DNA of 13,691 nucleotides from Octopus sinensis (Eukaryota), in the NCBI RefSeq assembly GCF_006345805.1, contig NW_021826068.1:1-13691 (forward strand), given 5' to 3'. Within the stretch, counting starts at the first letter, position 1. Every line of letters starts with the position of its first letter. Position numbers and translations under genes: made by a program. Shown here piece by piece: positions 1 to 8,986 of this stretch. The notes under the pieces are model-generated. The model saw nothing but the letters and a program-made list of their open reading frames with translations, was not told where the DNA came from and did not search any database.

Positions 1-196
1 GATTTTAGGTAAAAGAGAATATACGGGAAGATCAGTTAATTATGATTTATTCAATATATTCCTCTCTCAGATTCACACACTTATTGCAGAGGTGCTTAAG
101 CTTTTCTAAGCCCTGTAAAAGAACTCGGAATGATAGGTCTCCAAAAGGCCTTTCGCGATGCATTTTAAGCTGGGAACTTTTCAGCACACCCTCGTA
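1..196 (-). mobile_element. Miniature non-autonomous mariner derivative (TIR joined to transposase C-terminal remnant); other end lies outside the window
   Basis: Minus strand begins TA-CGAGGGTGTGCTGAAAAGTTCCCAGC (196 downward), a mariner-type TIR start with TA at 195-196. It runs almost directly into QGLEKLKHLCNKCVNLREEYIE* (115-47), which resembles the mariner transposase C-terminus (GI.KL..RW.KC....G.Y.E*). Confidence 0.8.
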
Positions 197-203
197 CATA
201 TAC

Positions 204-291
<88 letters not shown>
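195..291. repeat. (TA)n microsatellite
   Basis: Near-perfect TA run between the two TIR elements. Confidence 0.97.
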
Positions 292-296
<5 letters not shown>

Positions 297-647
297 AGTG
301 AATTGAAGAAATTCGGATGGTCAATCCGGATGACCGGATTGACCGGATTGACCGCTGCCTGACCTGTAAATATCTTCAACGCGCCCACCACCCGATTTCA
401 ACATTGATAAAAACAGTTTGGCCATGGGCTCTTAGGAGCCTCCTCGTTCGATTTGTTTGCTGCGCCTCTGTTCTGTTTTTGTTCTGCCAACGGAATTCCT
501 TTTCTTCCTGAAGAGAAAGACACAATATGGTCTCCTTATTCAATCGGAATTTGGTAAATTGTGGCTTTCGAAACACGTGTAGAATGCAATAAAAGGATTT
601 CTGCTCAATCTTCGTTCAACTCCATTTCTTCAATTCACTAATAATAT
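289..647. mobile_element. MITE-like element with 24-bp perfect terminal inverted repeats
   Basis: ATATTATTAGTGAATTGAAGAAAT (289-312) is the exact reverse complement of 624-647. TA at 290-291 and 645-646 may be the TSD. Internal 9-bp tandem repeat GACCGGATT near 330-355. No recognisable coding content. Confidence 0.75.
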
Positions 648-823
648 TAAAATTCAATTATCCGCACCAACGCACGGTTGCAACACCATCTGGTTGTACC
701 TCCAACCGCGCTTTCTTCTGCTGTGATTTTTGCTACCAAGGTATCGGTTAAACTTTTGATTAATCTGCAACAAGATTATTCATCTTTCTATTTCACCAAA
801 TATATATATATATATATATATAC

Positions 824-1257
824 ATTTGTTGTTGGCTTCCTTTTGTCTCGGGAGACAATGGAGTTGCGCATAAACTAATCCAGTCTGGTTTTTATATTTC
901 ATGTCCTCCCCAGTTTCCTCTCCAGTTTTGCGCAGGCCTGGGCTAGATGTAACAAAATCCTGGGCAGCCCAATCGTCAGGATTCCTCTCTTGACCTTGCT
1001 GACGTAGTCCAAAGGAGTGCAGAGCATTATGTTTGGCACCAGTAGTTTGGTTGCAGGAGATGCCGAAAGAGTGTTAAGTCGAACACTATACCGCCTATGG
1101 GGCTCCACTCCGGATTTCTTTGAAGGTTGTCTCCTTTCCGTAACCCTGGATAGGGGCCCATACCAGGAACTGTCAACCGGAGCCAGCTGAGCTCGGGACT
1201 CGTATCAGGCAGGGTCGTACACTCCTGAAGTAGTGAAGAAAATCGCTACCGACTACC
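824..1257 (-). mobile_element. Probable bipartite non-autonomous RTE/BovB-like retroelement (5' UTR joined to 3' end)
   Basis: About 50% GC island. The minus-strand 3' end encodes NSIVSRDKRKP (865-833) followed by a (CAA)-type tail, like RTE-clade ORF ends (IVSRD.R.P). Upstream motifs GAGAGGAATCCTGACGATTGGGCTGCCCAGG and CCGGAGTGGAGCCCC recall RTE 5' UTRs (recollection). No RT or endonuclease coding sequence lies between them. Confidence 0.55.
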
Positions 1258-1326
<69 letters not shown>

Positions 1327-1335
1327 ATATATATA

Positions 1336-1369
<34 letters not shown>

Positions 1370-1443
1370 TATATATATATAAATACATATATACGCACAT
1401 ATATATATACATATATATATATACATATATTCATATATATATA
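1258..1443. repeat. Imperfect (TA)n/(TACA) microsatellite
   Basis: Directly visible. Confidence 0.95.
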
Positions 1444-1660
1444 TTTCTTTACTACCCACAAGGGGCTAAACATAGAGGGGACAAACAAGGACAGACAAAG
1501 GGATTAAGTCGATTACATCGACCCCAGTGGGTAACTGGTACTTAGTTTATCGACCCCGAAAGGATGAAAGGCAAAGTCGACCTCGGCAGAATTTGAACTC
1601 ACAACGTAACGACAGACGAAATACCGCTAAGCATTTCGCCCGGCGCGCTAACGTTTCTGC
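1444..1660 (-). mobile_element. tRNA-headed SINE, family A (slightly 5'-truncated)
   Basis: Minus strand: GCAGAAACGTTAGC...B-box GAGTTCAAATTC, then the conserved body GCCTTTCATCCTTTCGGGGTCGATAAA.TAAGTACCAG. This body resembles a widely shared metazoan SINE central domain (Meta-like, tentative). Second copy at 10341-10534. Confidence 0.85.
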
Positions 1661-1706
1661 ATATATGTATTTATGCATATATACATATATATATATACAT
1701 ATATAT

Positions 1707-2036
1707 CGCATGGCTCAGTGGTTAGAGCGCCGAGCTTACGATCGTGAGGTTGTGAGCTCGAATCCCGGACCGGGCTGCGTGTTGTGTTCTTGAGCAAGGC
1801 ACTTTATTTCACGTTGCACCAGTTCACTTAGCTATAGAAATGAGTTGCGACGTCACTGGTGCCAAGCTGTAAGACCTTTGTCTTTCCCTTGGATAACACT
1901 GGTGGCGTGGAGAGGGGAGACTGGTATGCATGGGCGACTGCTGGTCTTCCATAAAACAACCTTGCCCGGACTTGTGTCTAGGAGGGTAACTTTCTAGGTG
2001 CAATCCCATGGTCATTCATGACCGAAGGGGGTCTTT
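1707..2036 (+). mobile_element. tRNA-Arg-derived CORE-like SINE, family B copy 1 (OR-type octopus SINE, tentative)
   Basis: A-box TGGCTCAGTGG (1711-1721), anticodon-like loop TTACGAT (ACG), B-box GAGCTCGAATCC (1754-1765), CORE-like TTGAGCAAGGCACTTTA. Homologous copies at 7163-7486 and 10961-11290. Confidence 0.92.
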
Positions 2037-2231
2037 TATATATATATATGTATATACATATATATACATATATATATATACATCTATATATATACATATA
2101 TATATATACATCTATATATATACATATATATATACATATATATACATATACATATCTATATATATATACATATACATATATATACATATACATATATTAT
2201 ACATATACATATACATATACATATCTATATA

Positions 2232-2276
<45 letters not shown>

Positions 2277-2282
2277 TATATA
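2037..2282. repeat. Compound (TA)n/(TACA)n/(TACATA)n microsatellite
   Basis: Directly visible. Confidence 0.95.
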
Positions 2283-2625
2283 AAACTAACACGCGCAAAA
2301 GCTCCCGGGTCAACGAGGGAAACTGTATGTGGAAAGCATGTTTCATTGCATAAGTTAGTATTGTCTGATTATTACGTATATCTTTATACTGCGTTTGTCT
2401 TCATGCGTTTTGTGTCCTTGACGCTTTCGTTGTTCTTTTCAAAATTTTGATCCCTGAACGGCGGTCGGAATTCAGCATATGGTGAACAGACTGGCTGAAT
2501 CACATCGTTTTTATAGACATGCAACTCTGCAGCATGACGTATGGACAGCAACAACAACCGTTGAAAGGTCGATGAGACGGTGACGTAAATGGGGTAGAGT
2601 TGCTGGTATAACTGTCGTGAGATAG

Positions 2626-2690
2626 ATGGTTTCGGGTTCACTCCTATTGCGTGGTACTTTAGATGTCTTCTATTATAGCCTCGGGACGAC
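2626..2690 (+). mobile_element. Degenerate fragment of SINE family D
   Basis: ATGGTTTCGGGTTCACTCCTATTGCGTGG...TGTCTTCTATTATAGCCTCGGG aligns to the reverse complement of the copies at 12757-12914 and 13191-13324. Confidence 0.65.
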
Positions 2691-2697
2691 AACCACC

Positions 2698-2699
<2 letters not shown>

Positions 2700-2738
<39 letters not shown>

Positions 2739-2846
2739 CCTACATATGTACATAACATATATACATACATATATACATATATATATATATACATACATAC
2801 ATACATACATAAATACATGCACACACACACACACACACACACGCAC
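2700..2846. repeat. (TA)n/(TACA)n/(CA)n microsatellite
   Basis: Directly visible. Confidence 0.95.
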
Positions 2847-2859
2847 ATAAAAACAAAAG

Positions 2860-3245
2860 ACGAGGACAGGTGGTGTAGACAACAAACAGATGTATTAGTT
2901 TAACGCTCGGGAAGTGAAAAAGTCTTTAATGTTTCGAGCCTACGCTCTTCCATATAAAGGAGCACAGAAAGAAACAGGGAGAGAAAATGAAGAATGTGTA
3001 GTGGCTAGCGATCTATCATGGCGAATGCCGGACAGAGAGGTCTGGTAAGACAACAAAAGAATGAAAGAGACCTCGATATTATGTAAATAGAGGAATTTAT
3101 CTGTAATATAATATGTGACAATTATTCGGTTGCCATAATAAAACTCCGAGTTTCGGATGTCGGGGCGGAAACCTGATCTGGCATCTCTTCAGTTATCGAG
3201 GCAATCAAAATCTCTTGGCTTGACCACCGCTCGCACAACACATTT
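2860..3245 (-). mobile_element. Putative Penelope-like pseudo-LTR or retrozyme-like non-autonomous remnant
   Basis: Carries two same-strand hammerhead-type motifs (3137-3197 and 2924-2960). Minimal type I hammerheads are characteristic of Penelope-like elements. Boundaries are approximate. Confidence 0.5.
3137..3197 (-). ncRNA. Minimal type I hammerhead ribozyme-like fold
   Basis: Minus RNA: stem I GAUAA (3197-3193), CUGAAGA (3192-3186), stem II GAUG...CAUC with one extra C, GAAA (3154-3151), stem III CU-CGG-AG, U-U cleavage site (GUU, 3144-3142), stem I' UUAUU (3141-3137). Confidence 0.6.
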
Positions 3246-3565
3246 ATAGTATATATACATTCGAGAGCTGATTGTTATAGTCTGTACAATAAAGTTGCGA
3301 TCAAGGTGTAATTAGTTTAGCCTTTACTGCGATATTTAGATCAGAAGATAGTGGTTATTATCATCTCTACATCGTTATTTGAGATCAAATGTTGATGGTT
3401 GTAGCTTCAGCTACATAAATATGTCCTTTACGACGATTGAAGAGAATATCATTTGTCAACTCAGACATATGACTCCAACAACTGAAAAGCTGTGCCTGTT
3501 GACCTTACAACATTTGAATTCATTGAGGGAACGCCTGTTGTGACAAAGCTCAAACCTATACTTAC

Positions 3566-3628
3566 ATCTGCATACTCAGATATCAAATGAAGCCACCACA
3601 TTGCCACACTCCTCAGTGCAATCCTCAG
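3566..3628 (-). other. Candidate 63-nt internal exon (unverified)
   Basis: Acceptor TTCTATGTCTTTATGCAG| and donor |GTAAGT (3565-3560). Frame 0 is open (LRIALRSVAMWWLHLISEYAD); the other two frames contain stops. No recognised homology and no partner exons. Confidence 0.3.
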
Positions 3629-3862
3629 CTGCATAAAGACATAGAATTTGATTAAATTATAACAGATGGACACATTAATATAATTTTACCTAAAATCTCC
3701 AAGAAGGTAAGGAGATAAAGAACATGCTGTCTTCACTTCAGCTTAGAAGCTACTAAGGTATCAGGAAGAATAACTTGTTACAGATTTTGCTTGTCACTGT
3801 TTTATGGGGTCAGGTTTAATTTAATTAAATTCTATGTCTTTATGCAGCTGAGGAATGCTCTG
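3614..3862. repeat. 45-bp inverted repeat with 159-nt spacer
   Basis: 3614-3658 matches the reverse complement of 3818-3862 at 42 of 45 positions. Confidence 0.9.
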
Positions 3863-3973
3863 TATTTAAACTGATGTAATGATTGCATTGCTCAGTTAAA
3901 TGTAGTTGCTTGAAACGACCGTACTGCATTATCTCTGGATATCCTTGTTGCTTATTTCGATTTTAATCACCTC

Positions 3974-4013
3974 ATATATATATATATACATACACACACA
4001 CACACACACACAC

Positions 4014-4059
<46 letters not shown>

Positions 4060-4100
4060 TATATATTATATATATACATACATATATGTATATTATATAT
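3974..4100. repeat. (TA)n/(CA)n microsatellite
   Basis: Directly visible. Confidence 0.93.
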
Positions 4101-5764
4101 TGCCCAAGTAAAAGACAAATCAAGAAAGATACCTATTGCTTGTATTCCTTGGTCATATCTAATGCACAGTTAGGGCTGACCTGAAGCTAAATAAAAACGA
4201 GACTATATTAGATGCATGTACTTCATAATCTTTCAGATAAGTTACTTATCACACGCGAGTTGTTCAAAAATAATGTTTTAGAGAAACGCTGAAACGATAT
4301 TCTAGACGAATCTAACCAAATCCTTCTTAAATATAAATACTTTTTTGCTTCTTATTCACACTACAAAGAACAGGATGAGAGGTTTAATGGAAAATAAGTG
4401 GACATTGATAAAACAATGAATAAATTATACGTTTATTTTCTTTCTTTTTTTTTATCTTCCTCATTTTCTTTCTATGATGTATATGTGTTAAACTACACAT
4501 TGTCCTGTGCAAAGAGGTCAGCGCTAAACTAAACGAGACTTCTAACGAGAATTTAAATATGGTGTTTAAGTTGCCACAATGTCTCATAAAAGTAGTGAAA
4601 TGTTAGGTCTGAAGAAAGGTCTGAAGACATTTAGCGGCTATCAAATTGTGTTTGTTAATAATAGTAAGAGTAGTCTTCACTTAATGTGTTGATTTTGTTG
4701 CCAGCGACCTTCTGTCTCTGCCTAATGTTGATGTTTTCTTTTCTTCTTTTTTTTTAGTTCAAAGTCGGTTCAGTGTTATTGGTTTTGTAGTTAATTTGAA
4801 TATGCGTAGTTTTTTTTTTCCTGCATCATTTTATGTGTGCGGATAGTTAATAAAAGGGTATTGACAAAATTTAACAGGCCAAATTTAGTGGGCCAAACTA
4901 TATACAATACAGAAACAAGTTAAACACAATAAATACAGCCGACACAACTGTCGAACAAACCACAAGATACATTATACGATCTAAATGCATTGTCACGCCA
5001 CCAGCAACAGCAAAAACAACAAATATATTCATCAAAGCATTTATGGCTTACGTTACATTCAACTTTAAACTTATACTAGTGATATATATTGGGAAAACTT
5101 TTATCAACACAAATAACAAACAAGCAAATAAACTTCAAATAATTAATATAATTTATGAATTCATTGCAAATATGTAAAATGAGCATTCGTCAATTAAGCA
5201 GTTACATTGGACATATAACTACTACTTTTTCTTGCCGATTGCCGATGCATCTACAAGAACAAGACAGTACACACTTTTTGTATCAAACACCACAAAATAA
5301 AACTAATTGGAAAAATATTACTTGATAATCTAACTATCCTTCGGGTAATAGACGTAATCCGTTGCTCGTTTTAACATTACAAAGCAGCTTTCAAGTAATT
5401 TTACTAGTCGACCTCGCGGAGATTTTTCAGACTAGGTCTCCAGTCAAAGATTTTTCCCGCTTTTCCTGCAACCTCGGATGCCCTTCAAAGATTCATGGGC
5501 ACTGATCTTCTTCATCTGATTAAGCTATCTATACACAAATCGCATATAATAAAAAAAATGTAGCCTCATAATTACGGCGGTGTTTTTGTATCAGTAATTT
5601 GTGATGTTCCGGTTTATAATGTTATGTATGACCCTATGTCGGCGATGAAGTCGATGGAGGTAATGGTGAAAAGGGCGAGACACATGGGTGGGGGACGGTT
5701 TTATAATTAAAAACATTCAAAAGACGGGTTCAGGTTATAAAAAGGAAGGCAGACAGACAAACAC

Positions 5765-5848
5765 ATAGATAGATAGATAGATATGTAGATAGATAGATAT
5801 ATAGATAGAAATACAGATAGATAGTTAGATAGATAGATACATACATAC
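5765..5848. repeat. (TAGA)n tetranucleotide microsatellite
   Basis: Directly visible. Confidence 0.9.
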
Positions 5849-5974
5849 TGTCGATTTATACATGCAAGATCATGTACCAGATTTATTAGAATCTGGATGA
5901 ACTCAATATATAGATATATGAAGACCCAACTACTTCATAAATAAATGTGCGAATGTAAGTATCTATGTCTGTAC

Positions 5975-6332
5975 GTATATATATATATATATATACATAC
6001 ACACATACACACACACACATGTGTGTATGATAGCTTCTAGTACGTGTATAAATATGCGGGTAACAAATAAACGGGGCAGCTGGTATCATATATATAATGG
6101 CTTGTATACTGTATTATATATATGTGTGTATATGTGGATGTGTGCCTATGTGTATGTATCTTTCGGTTTGCTAGTGTGTGTGTGAGAGAGAGGGGGAGAT
6201 AGAGCGGGAGAGAGAGAGAGAGAGATACGGCTTGTATGCAGAGCAGAACGTGGTAAGCTTTTATCTTCACCATGCGACATTCTTTTACATCTGTCTATAT
6301 ATACATTTACACATACATACGTCATACATATA

Positions 6333-6372
<40 letters not shown>

Positions 6373-6383
6373 TATATATATAT

Positions 6384-6455
<72 letters not shown>

Positions 6456-6475
6456 ATAATATATACATGCGTCTA
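5975..6475. repeat. Cluster of (TA)n, (CA/TG)n and (GA)n microsatellites
   Basis: Runs at about 5975-6026, 6175-6225 and 6295-6475, separated by short unique stretches. Confidence 0.88.
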
Positions 6476-6829
6476 GCTGCCTTCGTTATTTTATACATAT
6501 ACACACACAGATACATACGGGTGAGTGTATGCATATATAATATATAGCCGTCGCCACCGATTCTTAAACACTTGGTATTATTAAATTCATCTGATCCGCC
6601 ACTTACTTCTAATCCACACCTGATCAAGCTAACTTAATAAACCAGACAAACAGATTGGTGTGTTTTCCTTAACGCTTTCTTCTAGTTTGATGTTTCGCCG
6701 CTAACTCCCAATATATACATTGTCATTGACTATATCAGTTTGTCGCCGCGCACTTTATTTTTATTCTATATATTCACTCGCATACCTACAACAGATGCTC
6801 AAAGACCAAAGCGCTTATAACACCACACA

Positions 6830-7088
6830 TACGTGCATGCATGCATACACGCACACACGCTTATGTATGTATGTATGTATGTATATATATATATTATATA
6901 TATGAAATATACATGTACATATAACCGATATCGTTGTATATATAGAACATATATGTATATATATATAACATATATATATATTATATATACATACATATAT
7001 ATGTATATACATATAATACATATATATAATATATACATAATATATACATACTATATATACATACATATACATACATACATACATACGT

Positions 7089-7160
<72 letters not shown>
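6830..7160. repeat. Compound (TA)n/(TACA)n microsatellite
   Basis: Directly visible. Confidence 0.93.
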
Positions 7161-7161
<1 letters not shown>

Positions 7162-7162
7162 T

Positions 7163-7486
7163 GCGCATGGCTCAGTGGTTAGAGCGTCGAGCTTACGATC
7201 GTGAGGTTGTGAGCTCCAATCCCGGACCGGGCTGCGTGTTGTGTTCTCGAACAAGGCACTTTATTTCACATTGCTTCAGTTCACTCAGCTGTAGAAATGA
7301 GTTGCGACGTCACTGGTGCCAAGCTGTATCTACCTTTGTCTTTCCCTTGGATAACACTGGTGGCTGGTATGCATGGGCGACTGCTGGCCTTCCATAAACA
7401 ACCTTGCCCGGACTTGTGTCTAGGAGGGTAACTTTCTAGGTGCAATCCCATGGTCATTCATGACCGAAGGGGGTCTTTACCCCTTT
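7163..7486 (+). mobile_element. SINE family B copy 2
   Basis: Highly similar to 1707-2036, but lacks the 15-nt GTGGAGAGGGGAGAC segment. Confidence 0.92.
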
Positions 7487-7564
7487 ATATATATATATGT
7501 ATATGTATGTATATATATATATGTATATGTATGTGTATGTATATATATATACATATATGTATAT

Positions 7565-7632
<68 letters not shown>

Positions 7633-7677
7633 CACATACATATACATATATATATACATACATATACATATATACAT
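7487..7677. repeat. Compound (TA)n microsatellite
   Basis: Directly visible. Confidence 0.93.
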
Positions 7678-7923
7678 GTGGAGGCGCAATGGCCTAGTGG
7701 TCGTAGGATCGCGGTTTCGATTCCCAGACCGGGCGTTGTGAGTGTTTATTGAGCGAAAACACCTAAAAAAAGCTCCACGAGGCTCCGGCAGGGGGTGGTG
7801 ATCCCTGCTGTACTCTTTCGCCACTCTTTCTCCCACTCTTTCTTCTGTTGGCCAGCTCGCTTAGCCAGCGGGGTGGCGTCATTCGAAGGCTAAAACAATG
7901 CGAACGCATTGTGACCAGCGATG
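7678..7923 (+). mobile_element. tRNA-headed SINE, family F, with internally deleted head
   Basis: A-box TGGCCTAGTGG (7690-7700) and B-box GGTTTCGATTCC (from 7713). GACCGGGCG-TTGTG and TTGAGCGAAAACAC parallel the family B head and core; the 3' body is different and GC-rich. Confidence 0.75.
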
Positions 7924-7929
7924 GTGATG

Positions 7930-8118
7930 GACATATATACATACATATATGTGTATATATATATACATACATATATATATACATACATTTATATATACAT
8001 ATATATATATACGTACAACACATATATATATATTTATATTTATATATATACATACATATATATATACATACATATATATATATATACATATATATATATA
8101 ATATATATATACATATAC

Positions 8119-8155
<37 letters not shown>

Positions 8156-8290
8156 ACATATATATATATATATAATGACCATATACATGTACATAGGAAT
8201 CAATATCGTTGTGTATATATATATACACCCACACACACATGCACAGACACACACAAGCATACAACATGCACACACAAATCTATATATAAC
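7930..8290. repeat. Compound (TA)n/(TACA)n/(CA)n microsatellite
   Basis: Directly visible. Confidence 0.93.
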
Positions 8291-8352
8291 AGGCGCTGTT
8301 ATGTATTCCACTGATAAGGCCATTCATCAACAATATTAAATATACATACATA

Positions 8353-8400
8353 TCCAGCATGGCCGCAGTCAAATAACTGAGACAAGTAAAAGAAAAAAAG
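8353..8400 (+). mobile_element. Possible isolated SINE 3' tail fragment
   Basis: TCCAGCATGGCCGCAGTCAAATAACTGAGACAAGTAAAAGA plus an A-rich end resembles a common octopus SINE tail (recollection only; no second copy in the window). Confidence 0.35.
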
Positions 8401-8809
8401 CGTAAATACATACTCTCACATTATACGTATATATGTATGTATATATCTTGCTTATATTTTTGCCAGGAAGAATGTTCTCCTGAATCTATAGTAGAAACAT
8501 CACAACTGCCCTGAAGGATATCTTCACTATTGGTGAACACGAGATATTTTTACGTATGTAATATAAACAAAAGAGTTAGACACGTCTCTAAACGTCCATG
8601 TGATACAAGATATTGACGAGTCATATCAGGGACGAAGTATTTTCCCTCACATTAGCAGCTGCGAACGAAATATATCATGTAGTGCTGTAGGGGTGAGATG
8701 CTCAACCAATATTTTGTGAAAACTTGCAGGAAAGGTGAACACCTATGGTGAACCAATTTCAAACTTACAGCTTTTGTATATATTTTGATACGGACTTATT
8801 AATATTGAG

Positions 8810-8986
8810 GTGATGATGATGAAGAGGAGGAAATGAGAATAAGTAGAGGTGGCGGTGAGAACAAGGAGGAGAAAGGAAGGGAGTGGTGGTGATGGTGGTG
8901 GTGCGACTTGTTTTCTATTCTTATTCATCATCACTACCATCATCACTATCATCATCATTGCCATTCACATCATCATCATTATCATG
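8810..8986. repeat. (GAT/GAG/GGT)n followed by (CAT)n trinucleotide low-complexity region
   Basis: Directly visible; explains the poly-H, poly-I and poly-M ORFs. Confidence 0.85.

Noticed and set aside
1711-1775. tRNA-like sequences (also at 7167, 11290, 12480, 12914)
   Set aside because: They continue into shared repeat bodies and lack a proper acceptor stem, so they are SINE heads rather than tRNA genes.
2283-2320. Possible Helitron terminus (ACTAAC...CCCGGGTCAACGAGGG)
   Set aside because: The hairpin is poor and there is no correctly placed CTAG.
2384-2600. Complex ORF tail ...HAAELHVYKNDVIQPVCSPYAEFRPPFRDQNF...
   Set aside because: No recognisable family and no convincing in-frame acceptor. 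The upstream part of the ORF is a SINE fragment plus microsatellite.
4606-4629. AGGTCTGAAGA x2 containing CTGAAGA
   Set aside because: Short tandem duplication with no stem II or GAAA geometry, so not a hammerhead. CTGACGA at about 12313 and CTGAGGA at 3622-3628 fail the same test.
42-8323. Numerous long ORFs rich in IY/YI/HT/CV/ER runs
   Set aside because: They are translations of stop-free dinucleotide and tetranucleotide microsatellites, not genes.
8466-8513. Possible terminal exon after TTTTTGCCAG (EECSPESIVETSQLP*)
   Set aside because: An acceptor-like site alone is expected by chance in AT-rich DNA.
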